Below, piece after piece: positions 53,199 to 61,888 of a stretch of DNA of 64,000 nucleotides; the stretch's first letter is position 1; every line of letters begins with the position of its first letter. Both the position numbers and the translations under genes were made by a program. The notes under the pieces were generated by a model that saw only the letters and a list, made by a program, of their open reading frames with translations, was not told the DNA's origin and searched no databases. Source of the stretch: Clostridiales bacterium (GTDB lineage: Bacteria > Bacillota > Clostridia > Lachnospirales > Lachnospiraceae); contig JAJBVE010000120.1 of NCBI GenBank assembly GCA_020859995.1, forward strand, positions 2,121 to 66,120. Direction: 5' to 3'.

Positions 53199-56100
53199 TC
53201 AGAATGATAGACAGTTCCGCATTTCCCTGCGGTATTTTTGTGCCGCAGAACTGTCGTTCTGATCCTCACAGATTCTGATCAGTTTGAGAAAGGCTTCGCG
53301 GACAATCCGTCTGGCATTTCTTTTTCCGATATGGGAGGTGAGCCACTGCATCATAAAAGGATCGGCCACGTTTTGATAGTGCCTGCGAGCCTGCTCCACG
53401 TCGTTTCTAGCCAGACAAACGTCTCCCAGCTTATACCAGATATAGCTTAAGTAACCCTGCAATTCGGGAAATTCGGCCGGTTCTCCCGCGGGGCTTACTG
53501 TTTTAGTGGACATGGAACCTAGCAGTCCGTTTATTCGTGATGCCGCTGTTTCGTACCATTCCTGTGCCTCTGTCCAGTCTTTTTTTCTGACGGCCAGATC
53601 GCCTTCCTTTTCAAGCTCTGCTGCGCTTTCCAATTCTTTTTGTTTTGCAGCTTCAATTTTTTCTCGCAGCGGAACTGCCTTTTTCTTAAGCTCACGTTCG
53701 CTCACGGAGTCCTGCATTTTCCGGTACACTTCGGCTAAAATATCATATAAGTGCATCAGATCACACCATGTGCGCAGCGTTTGTAATTCTTCCACGTCCA
53801 ATTCGGTAAGCCGTGCGGTTTCCTCATAATACTCCCGCGCGCTTTTTAAGTCACCGGCTTTCAGACTGATGCTGCCAAGCTTATTTCCGATCAGAATCAG
53901 CAGATGACGGTCGCGGGACGTTTCGGTCTCGTCATAGATGGATTTTCGCAGACGGATGCTTTTTTTATAGCAGGACTGTGCCTGATCAATGTTATTAGCT
54001 GTCAGGTAAGCTTCGCCCATGCTCTCGTAATCGCGCATTAGCCTGCGGAACTCGCCCAGCGTGAGCGTTTTTCTTGCCAGCATTTCATCAACATCAATGG
54101 CTTTTTTATAATAACTGATCAATGTGCCAAACGCTTCCGGTATGATTTCATAGTTGCCCTTTTCCGGATTATATCTTTCGATGGTATGCCGGTGGTAAGC
54201 GGCCATTTCCGCATATCCTTCCGCCAGATCACGCCAGGCTTCCACGGTGTGTGTCTCAGCGGCGATGGTTTCGCGGACTTCCAGCGCTTTTAGAAGCAGT
54301 CTGCGGCTTTCGGCCAGTTCTTCGTCCTGATGACTCCAGCCGAGCAGTCCCCCAATACGTCCATAACAATTTGCCATCCGGATTCGGTCTTCGATTGATT
54401 CGGTCTGCGTGCAGCATTCTTCGCTCAGAGCGAGCGCCTTTCTGAAATATGCTTCTGCTTTGTCAGGACGGAAGTATTCTCGTTGGATATTCCCCAGATC
54501 AAAATACAGATCAGCAATATTGCGTTTCATGTAGATGGTCGGCTCGGAATCCAAAATGCTTTCCGCCAGTTCCAGCGCTTTCAGATAATACTCTTCGCAG
54601 ACAGTTACATGTTTTTCCTTCTTTGCCGTGAAACGTCCCATATTCCACTGATATTGAAATTGATAATGCAGCAGCTCCTCTTCCTCCATCCAGCAGGAAT
54701 AACTTCTGATAAGGTCATCTATTATGATGTAGTCCCCCTGCGCCACATCAAAATCCTCTTCTTCAGCCTCACATGCCGCGAGACATTCCATTGTATAGAT
54801 CAGATTGATCCATGGCTTTTCCTCTTTATTACGATGTTTTGCGATGCATTTTTTACCGAACTCAGTGTCAAGACCGATGCAGGCTGCATATTGCTCCCGC
54901 GCTTTCGTGAAGTTTCCCTCCTTTCGATACACATTTCCCAGCTTTGCGGAGATAGTAGAAATCCGGCGCTTCAGTGCATCTGTTTCTGAAAAATCAGATA
55001 AAAGCAGACGCCCCGTTTCCTGCCCGGCCTGGAAGACTTCAATAGCTTTCTCTACATTGCGCAGTTCGTAATGAAAGTCTCCAAGATCTTTTATAGCCTC
55101 TAACAATGCAAGGGCATCCTCACAGGTTTTGCCGGTTTTATAATTATCTGACAGGACTTGTGTCAGCTCCTGCTGTATGGCGGTTGCCATGTGGTAATCT
55201 CTGGAAACGACTTCTCCCATGCGGTACATTTGCACCAGCTTTTGTAGGGCCTCCGGAAGCCCTTTTTGCGCGGCCATCTGAATCAGCTCCAGTGCTTTTT
55301 GGGGGTTGACTTCCAGATCAATGCCGTTCAGATAGGCCAGACCGATTAAAAACAGGTGCCGCGGATCACTGCTGACACCGGTGGCGATCATTCGAATATC
55401 TGCAAGAAGGGAACCTGCAAGCGCAGCTTCGTCAAATGCATTTACAGAATCGGGTATATCGGGATACTTTTGCTTCAGCGCCTCTGGATCAGTTGGACGG
55501 ATCTCGACCGGCAAAACCTTTTTTTCAAGGTTTTTTGCCGCGGTATATTCGATTGTCATGACATAATTGCCGTCTTCCAGCAGATTTGGAGTTACAGCCA
55601 GTGCAAAGAGACTGCTTTTTTCCATCGCGCTGATAATGGCCTGATTAAAATCGCGTCCGGGTACAAGAAACTCATCGTACCATATGGCAATGTCGCGGCA
55701 GAATTCATTTTTGTGAATTAGTTTCATTAATTGCTGGGCGTATTTCCGATCCTTTTTTCGGTAGCTTAAAAATACGTATGCGTCAAAAGCGGCGCGAATC
55801 TGATCCGCCAGCTCATCTCCCACAAGTACGGAAGAAAGAAACACGGACATTTTTTCATCGTAACTGATTGCGGTAAGGTCCTGGCTGTTTCTGTCCAGAA
55901 ACTGAAGGTTGCCGCAGCGAGCATTAAATTCTGCCTCAAGACCGCTTTCCATCATGATGGGGAGGATGGGGATGTGGCGTGTCTGTGCAAAACCAAATTC
56001 CAGATCCCGTGCCCGGTTTTCCCGGTACAGAAATCTGGACGTGATCGGAATGACGAACAGCTGCATTTCCTCCAGATCGGCAAGTAATTCATTTTGAATA

Positions 56101-56273
56101 ACCTCTTCATGGGGATCCGAGTCATACCAGATCACACAGTTCTGCTTTTTCAGAATTTCGTCAGACAGGTCTGTGAAATATAAATCAAAATCCTGCGGAT
56201 GGCAGGAAAAATAGACGCGCGACTTGCCCTGCGGAGAGCTGTTTCCCCTCGTCTTATAACACAGCTTTGCCAT
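53199..56273 (-). CDS. Tandem TIR-like domains plus Sel1 plus TPR repeat protein (1,024 aa)
   Basis: ATG at 56273 follows RBS gaaaggaga. Module 1 RVYFSCHPQD..VIWYD..LFVIPITSRF. Module 2 YVFLSYRKKDRKYAQQL..IAIWYDEFLVPGRDF..SSLFALAVTPNLLE (classic bacterial TIR pattern). Sel1-like LIGLAYLNGIDLEVNPQKALELIQMAAQKGLPEA. About 650 aa of TPR-like repeats. No signal peptide or TM. Confidence 0.75.
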   Translation of the reverse strand: MAKLCYKTRGNSSPQGKSRVYFSCHPQDFDLYFTDLSDEILKKQNCVIWYDSDPHEEVIQNELLADLEEMQLFVIPITSRFLYRENRARDLEFGFAQTRHIPILPIMMESGLEAEFNARCGNLQFLDRNSQDLTAISYDEKMSVFLSSVLVGDELADQIRAAFDAYVFLSYRKKDRKYAQQLMKLIHKNEFCRDIAIWYDEFLVPGRDFNQAIISAMEKSSLFALAVTPNLLEDGNYVMTIEYTAAKNLEKKVLPVEIRPTDPEALKQKYPDIPDSVNAFDEAALAGSLLADIRMIATGVSSDPRHLFLIGLAYLNGIDLEVNPQKALELIQMAAQKGLPEALQKLVQMYRMGEVVSRDYHMATAIQQELTQVLSDNYKTGKTCEDALALLEAIKDLGDFHYELRNVEKAIEVFQAGQETGRLLLSDFSETDALKRRISTISAKLGNVYRKEGNFTKAREQYAACIGLDTEFGKKCIAKHRNKEEKPWINLIYTMECLAACEAEEEDFDVAQGDYIIIDDLIRSYSCWMEEEELLHYQFQYQWNMGRFTAKKEKHVTVCEEYYLKALELAESILDSEPTIYMKRNIADLYFDLGNIQREYFRPDKAEAYFRKALALSEECCTQTESIEDRIRMANCYGRIGGLLGWSHQDEELAESRRLLLKALEVRETIAAETHTVEAWRDLAEGYAEMAAYHRHTIERYNPEKGNYEIIPEAFGTLISYYKKAIDVDEMLARKTLTLGEFRRLMRDYESMGEAYLTANNIDQAQSCYKKSIRLRKSIYDETETSRDRHLLILIGNKLGSISLKAGDLKSAREYYEETARLTELDVEELQTLRTWCDLMHLYDILAEVYRKMQDSVSERELKKKAVPLREKIEAAKQKELESAAELEKEGDLAVRKKDWTEAQEWYETAASRINGLLGSMSTKTVSPAGEPAEFPELQGYLSYIWYKLGDVCLARNDVEQARRHYQNVADPFMMQWLTSHIGKRNARRIVREAFLKLIRICEDQNDSSAAQKYRREMRNCLSF

Positions 56274-56551
56274 AAATGGTGTTCTCCTTTCTGGGGCTGC
56301 CTTTCTGGCAGACAGGCACTTTTTCGTTTTGTTTGAAATTTTAACATAGAAAACAGCCGGTGACAATCCAGAGTCGCTTCTGAATTTTCTGCGCAGCCTG
56401 CTTTTCTCCGGCCTGCACCGTTGATTTTATGCACGTTGGTGGTGTACAGGTTTGACGACGACATGTAACAAATTTTACCTTTTTCCATTGCTTTGCCGAA
56501 AAGATTGTGCTACCTTTGAATAAGAACAAAAATTTATTCGGGAGCGGTTTT

Positions 56552-57325
56552 ATGAAGGAGGATCTGAATCATCTGCTCGGCTTTTCGCTGAGGCTGGGAG
56601 AACAGATGATACGCTGCGGGGCGAATATTGAACGAGTCAGTGACACGGTTTACCGCGTCTGCGAGAGCTATCACTGCCAGGATGTCCAGTTTTTTGCACT
56701 GGACTGTTATCTGACGCTCAGCCTTACAGGCGCGGACGGCGATCAGATGGCAGGGCAGCAATGCATTCACGGTGGGACGAGCATCCACATGGAGCGACTG
56801 GGACGCCTGAACCGGCTTTCCAGGCAGATCTGCGCACATCCGCCTGCGCCGGAGAAGCTGGATGTCATGCTGGATGAGGCAGTTTCGGGGGCGGAGAGTT
56901 ATTCATCTGGAAAGACACTTCTGTTTACTCTGTTTTCTGCGGCTTGTCTGACCGGCATTTACGGGGGCAGCCTGCGGGATCTTTCGATTATTCTGTTAAA
57001 CTGCGTGCTGGCATTTTTTTCCGTGCGGTATCTGAGAAAGCTGATTTTCAACCGGATTATTTACAATGTGGTGAACGCGTTTCTGATCGGGACAGTGGCC
57101 ATTTTCTTTGCGCAGATCGGCTATCTGGAAAGCTGCCATACGGTCATGATTGTCAACAGCCTGAAGCTGATCCCCGGGATTCCGATGGTAAATTCCTTTC
57201 GCAGTCTGCTCTCGCGAAATGAGATTAACGGGACGTTGGAGCTGATGAAGCTGCTGTTTGAGACAGCGGCGATTGCGGGGGGATTTTTGCTGAGCATGTT
57301 TTTGCTGACAGGGAGTGTACTGTGA
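56552..57325 (+). CDS. Threonine/serine exporter family protein (ThrE, DUF1212 part)
   Basis: LLGFSLRLGEQMIRCGANIERVSDTVYRV and multiple C-terminal TMs. Paired with the following ThrE_2-like gene. Confidence 0.75.
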   Translation: MKEDLNHLLGFSLRLGEQMIRCGANIERVSDTVYRVCESYHCQDVQFFALDCYLTLSLTGADGDQMAGQQCIHGGTSIHMERLGRLNRLSRQICAHPPAPEKLDVMLDEAVSGAESYSSGKTLLFTLFSAACLTGIYGGSLRDLSIILLNCVLAFFSVRYLRKLIFNRIIYNVVNAFLIGTVAIFFAQIGYLESCHTVMIVNSLKLIPGIPMVNSFRSLLSRNEINGTLELMKLLFETAAIAGGFLLSMFLLTGSVL

Positions 57326-57328
57326 GGA

Positions 57329-57793
57329 ATGGGGGAAATGGCTGTGATGGAATCTGTAAAACTGGTCTTTTTTACATTTGGCTCCGCACTGGGCATCGGA
57401 GCTGTGTACCAGATCCGGCGGGAATATCTTCTATACGCGGGACTGGGCGGCGCGTTGGCCAGGATTGTGTTTCTGCTGGTGAAATCCTGTACGGCGGAGT
57501 CTTTTATTTACAACTTTTTCGCGGCCATGGCGGCTGCCCTTTATGCGGAATGCCTGGCATATCTTACCAAAAATCCTTCGACGATGTTTTTATATCCGTC
57601 TATTATCCCGCTGACGCCGGGACGGGCCTTCTATTTCACGGTCATCGGACTGATTCTCAAAAATATGGACTATATCAATGAGTATCTGGTGACCTGCGTG
57701 CATTCTCTGATCGGGATGGGACTCGGGTTTGCGGTGGTTTCGGTGGTGATGTATTATCAGGGGAAGCATCGGCGGCTGCAAAAAAAGAGTTGA
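57329..57793 (+). CDS. Threonine/serine exporter family protein (ThrE_2, DUF3815 part)
   Basis: 154-aa polytopic membrane protein, translationally coupled to the previous gene (4-nt gap). Confidence 0.7.
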   Translation: MGEMAVMESVKLVFFTFGSALGIGAVYQIRREYLLYAGLGGALARIVFLLVKSCTAESFIYNFFAAMAAALYAECLAYLTKNPSTMFLYPSIIPLTPGRAFYFTVIGLILKNMDYINEYLVTCVHSLIGMGLGFAVVSVVMYYQGKHRRLQKKS

Positions 57794-57900
57794 CACCCAG
57801 GCGGAAGCTTGCTATACATGGAGTATGGACACAACGTTATGGCAGCGGTAAATGTCTGACCAGAAGCCGATACGGTAAAGTATGGTATAGTTGGGGCAAG

Positions 57901-58141
57901 TAAGGAATTTTCGCGAAACTACTTACTCATCCTGCGCTGCCTGACGCACAAATCGCAGGCCGTAAAAGCCTCGTCGCAGTAAGGATCTGTTCCGAAATAA
58001 CCTATACATCTTGCACCGCCTAACGCGCGAATCGCAGTTCATAAAAGCCTCGACGCAGCCCGCTGCGCCTACGTTTTTATGAACTGTGCTTCACACGTTA
58101 TTCGGCACAATCTGCACAGGTTATTTCGTGACAGCTCCTAA
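57901..58141. repeat. Three adjacent copies (two direct, one inverted) of the ~80-bp dispersed repeat
   Basis: 57901-57979 and 57980-58060 are direct copies and 58061-58141 is inverted. Copies 2 and 3 form an imperfect palindrome of about 160 bp centred at 58060/58061. Confidence 0.8.
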
Positions 58142-58223
58142 GATTCTGGCCCGGATGGGATTCAATCATGATTCAATAATGGAAGAAGGAGGCGGAGCGG
58201 AGAGCACGTTCCGAAAAAAATGT

Positions 58224-59567
58224 ATGGCAGAATATGTGTTTGACCGGGAAGCATACGAAAAACGAATGGCGTGGTATCAGGACGCGCGGTTCGGCATGTT
58301 TATCCACTGGGGACTTTATGCGATCCCGGCGCGCGGGGAGTGGGTGCGCAGTGTGGAGCAGATGCCGGAAGAAACATACATGAACTATTTTGAGGAGTTT
58401 GATCCGGTTGATTATGACCCGCGCAAATGGGCGAAGGCCGCGAAAAGGGCCGGTATGAAATATATGGTGCTGACCGCGAAGCACCACGACGGATTTTGCC
58501 TCTTTGACAGTCAGTATACAGATTTTAAGTCCACCAATACAAAGTGCGGACGCGACCTGGTGGCGGAGTATGTGGAGGCGGTCCGCGCGGAAGGGCTGAA
58601 GGTCGGCCTGTATTTTTCGCTTCTGGACTGGCATCATGAGGATTATCCGCATTATGGAGACTCCATTCATCCGATGCGGAACAATCCGGCTTATGGGAAT
58701 GAACACCGGGATTTTGACCGTTACCTGGATTATATGCACAACCAGGTTCGCGAACTTTGTACGAACTACGGAAAGCTGGATATCCTGTGGTTTGATTTTT
58801 CCTACGATGAACTGCGGGGCGAGGCGTGGAGAGCGACCGAGCTGGTGCGAATGGTGCGCTCCCTGCAGCCGGATGTGATCATTGATAATCGCCTGGAAGT
58901 GAGCGGGGAGGGCTTTGGTTCTCTGGCGGATGGCCATCCGACGCCATACCACGGGGATTTTGTAAGCCCGGAGCAGATCATTCCGCCTCAGGGGATGCTG
59001 GATGTAAATGGCAATGACCTCATCTGGGAGGCCTGCTTTACGATGAACAACAACTGGGGCTATCACGCGACGGATCATTGCTACAAGCCTTCGTCCATGC
59101 TGATCCGCAAGCTGGTGGAATGCGTCTCCAAGGGCGGAAACATGCTGCTGAATGTGGGTCCGGACGCGCGCGGCAATTTCCCGGAGGAGGCCATGGAGCG
59201 TCTGGAGGCAATTGGAGCGTGGATGGAGAAAAACAGCCGCAGTATTTATGGCTGCGGCAAGGCGAAAAACACGGACGGCTCTGTGATGGAAAAACCGGAT
59301 TATGGGCGCGTGACCGCCGGGGACCACCGTCTGTTCTACCATGTGTTTGAAAACACGGTGGGTGCGGTCCCGCTCATCGGTGTGAAACACGAAGAGGTGA
59401 AAGCAATCCGTTATCTGGCTACCGGCGCGGAGATTCCGATTCTCACGGATTGGGTATACGCGAACTATCCGGATATCGTGTTTGCCTCTCTGGGCGGAGA
59501 TCCGGTGCTGCCGGATCCGGTCGATACGGTGATCGAGGTGGTGTTGAAGGAAGCTTCACCGATCTGA
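58224..59567 (+). CDS. Alpha-L-fucosidase (GH29)
   Basis: YQDARFGMFIHWGLYAIPA and YMVLTAKHHDGFCLFDS. The ATG at 58224 is preferred because the tracked ORF start (58086) lies inside the repeat element. Confidence 0.85.
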   Translation: MAEYVFDREAYEKRMAWYQDARFGMFIHWGLYAIPARGEWVRSVEQMPEETYMNYFEEFDPVDYDPRKWAKAAKRAGMKYMVLTAKHHDGFCLFDSQYTDFKSTNTKCGRDLVAEYVEAVRAEGLKVGLYFSLLDWHHEDYPHYGDSIHPMRNNPAYGNEHRDFDRYLDYMHNQVRELCTNYGKLDILWFDFSYDELRGEAWRATELVRMVRSLQPDVIIDNRLEVSGEGFGSLADGHPTPYHGDFVSPEQIIPPQGMLDVNGNDLIWEACFTMNNNWGYHATDHCYKPSSMLIRKLVECVSKGGNMLLNVGPDARGNFPEEAMERLEAIGAWMEKNSRSIYGCGKAKNTDGSVMEKPDYGRVTAGDHRLFYHVFENTVGAVPLIGVKHEEVKAIRYLATGAEIPILTDWVYANYPDIVFASLGGDPVLPDPVDTVIEVVLKEASPI

Positions 59568-59650
59568 GATTGCGGTTATGTCGGCATTCTGGCGCAATCA
59601 ATCACGCGGCGGCTATGTTTATAGAAATAAGTGTACAAGGAGGCGATTTT

Positions 59651-60196
59651 ATGGCATTGCCAAAAGAAGAACTTTTTTCATCGGAGGATTACTGGAATCT
59701 GCCAGATGGAAAACGTGCGGAGCTGATTGACGGACAGCTTTATGATATGGCTCCGCCGAGCCGGGTACATCAGGAACTTGTCATGGAGCTTTCGGCTGTC
59801 ATTCGGAATTATATTCGCGGGCGGGAAGGTTCCTGCAAAATTTATCCTTCTCCGTTTGCGGTTGATTTAAATGCGGATGATGAAACGTATGTAGAGCCGG
59901 ATATCAGTGTGATTTGTGACAGAGATAAGCTGACGGATAAAGGCTGCAAGGGAGCCCCGGATTTTATTATTGAGGTCGTCTCTCCTGGCAGCAGAAAAAT
60001 GGATTATTCTACAAAGAATGCGCTGTACTTTGACGCTGGAGTGCGGGAGTATTGGATTGTTGATCCGGCAAAAAGAAGGACGACTGTTTATCGATATGAA
60101 GAGGATGCAGCGCCCATGATTATTCCGTTTGATATCCCAATCACGGTAGGGATTTATGGGGATCTTCAGATTGTAATAGAGGAATTATTGCAGTAA
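59651..60196 (+). CDS. Uma2 family (DUF820) PD-(D/E)XK endonuclease
   Basis: AELIDGQLYDMAPPSRVHQ, EPDISVI, PDFIIEVVSPGSRKMDYSTKNALYFDAGVREYWIVDP. RBS aaggagg. Confidence 0.8.
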   Translation: MALPKEELFSSEDYWNLPDGKRAELIDGQLYDMAPPSRVHQELVMELSAVIRNYIRGREGSCKIYPSPFAVDLNADDETYVEPDISVICDRDKLTDKGCKGAPDFIIEVVSPGSRKMDYSTKNALYFDAGVREYWIVDPAKRRTTVYRYEEDAAPMIIPFDIPITVGIYGDLQIVIEELLQ

Positions 60197-60253
60197 AAAT
60201 ATGAGACGGGCGGGAGGCGGCTTGCCGCCTCCTGCCTGGTCATAAAAATATGA

Positions 60254-61420
60254 TCAGTAGTAAATCACGCGCACCTTCTTGACTCCGTCGATGGCGCGGA
60301 TTTTGTCGATAATGGACTGATCCGGCAGGGTGTCGCAGTCGATCAGCGTGTAGGCCGCTTCGCCCCGGCTCTTGTTTGTCATGTTCGGGATGTTGATGCC
60401 TTCCGAGGAGAGCAGGGAAGAAAAGCTTACGATCATGTTCGGGCGGTTTACATTCATAATGCAGATGCGGCAGGCGCATTTTTCCGGCGGCAGTGTGCAG
60501 CTTGGATAATTGACCGAGTTGCGGATGCGGCCGGTCTCAATGAAATCGCGCAGCTCGTCCACGGCCATGACTGCACAGTTATCCTCTGACTCGGCGGTCG
60601 AAGCGCCCAGGTGCGGAGTGGCGATCACGTTGGTCATATGGCAGGTCTTCGGATTCGGGAAATCTGTCATGTAGCGGCGGATCCGTCCGGAGGCAAGGCC
60701 CTCGGCCATGTCGTCGTCGTTGACCAGCAGGTCGCGCGCGTAATTTAGAATGACGGTGCCGTCCTGCATCATGGAGATGGCTTCCTTATTGATCATGCCG
60801 CGGGTATCGTCCAGAAGCGGTACATGCAGCGTGATGTAGTTGCAGTTTGCATAGATGGCTCCAGGCGTTTCTACGATCCGCACCTGACGGGAAAGACGCA
60901 GCGCGCCGCTCACCGAGAGATAGGGGTCATAGCCGATCACATGCATACCGAGCGCGTCCGCCGCGTTTGCGACTTCAATGCCGATCGCGCCCAGGCCGAT
61001 CACGCCGAGCGTCTTGCCCTTGAGCTCCGTGCCGGCAAATTTTTTCTTGCTTTTTTCCATATCTTTGGAGATGGTCTCGTCCTCACGATTTTCCTCGACC
61101 CAGCGAATTCCGCCGTCAATGTCCCGCGCCGCCAGCAGCATACCGGCCAGCACCAGCTCCTTTACACCGTTCGCGTTAGCACCAGGGGTGTTGAAGACTA
61201 CGATGCCCTGCTCCGTGCAGCGGTCCAGCGGGATATTGTTTACCCCGGCTCCGGTCCGCGCGATCGCAGTCAGCCTTTCCGGCAGGTCAAGCGAGTGCAT
61301 GTCCGCACTGCGCACCAGCACCGCATCCGCCTCCTGCAGGTTCTGCGTCATTTCATAGTCGCTCGTGAAATTCTTTGTCCCCACCTCCGAGATGGGGTTC
61401 AGGCAGCAAATTTTTGTCAT
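60254..61420 (-). CDS. serA: D-3-phosphoglycerate dehydrogenase with C-terminal ACT domain
   Basis: 2-hydroxyacid dehydrogenase fold (GVIGLGAIGIEVA, HLGASTAES) plus an ACT-like tail. RBS gaggag. Confidence 0.85.
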   Translation of the reverse strand: MTKICCLNPISEVGTKNFTSDYEMTQNLQEADAVLVRSADMHSLDLPERLTAIARTGAGVNNIPLDRCTEQGIVVFNTPGANANGVKELVLAGMLLAARDIDGGIRWVEENREDETISKDMEKSKKKFAGTELKGKTLGVIGLGAIGIEVANAADALGMHVIGYDPYLSVSGALRLSRQVRIVETPGAIYANCNYITLHVPLLDDTRGMINKEAISMMQDGTVILNYARDLLVNDDDMAEGLASGRIRRYMTDFPNPKTCHMTNVIATPHLGASTAESEDNCAVMAVDELRDFIETGRIRNSVNYPSCTLPPEKCACRICIMNVNRPNMIVSFSSLLSSEGINIPNMTNKSRGEAAYTLIDCDTLPDQSIIDKIRAIDGVKKVRVIYY

Positions 61421-61888
61421 AATGTTCTCCTCGTGTTTCTTTTCTTATTTTAAAATGCTTGTATTCTGTCAGTACGTTAGTGTAGCACAGTGTGAAAATG
61501 AGTGCAAGCGGTTTTAAACGGAAGTTATCCACAGCATTTGAATGAGTGCTTCCCTGTTCTGAAAAAAATTGATATCCTTTCTAGGATTTCAGGCTGTTAA
61601 AAAGCTCTCTGTTATGATACAATCATGAAAACTGTGCAAATAAAAATCTGAACATTCTGCGCGATTGTATATCCCGTACGAAGTGCGGGATGCCCACATC
61701 CACAATCAAAGATTGTGGACATACCACGCCCCACAATCGAAGATTGGGGGCAAAACCCGGCGAGGGGCGCGGTGCCGTTCTCGATTTTCTCCGAAAATCG
61801 GAACATTGCCTGTGCCTATACTTGTTGCATGAATGTGGACATAAAGCAGTAATAAACACACTACATTTTACAAGAAAGGGGGACGACC

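Noticed and set aside
39277-58141. The 53-bp near-perfect inverted repeats at 39277-39329 and 58086-58140 considered as boundaries of an 18.8-kb transposon or invertible segment.
   Set aside because: The interior is mostly housekeeping (murI, holB, ricT, rsmI and others). No recombinase or transposase lies at either end, and the same element occurs at 48715 and in triplicate at 57901-58141. These are more simply members of a dispersed repeat family. Inversion between them is still possible but unsupported.
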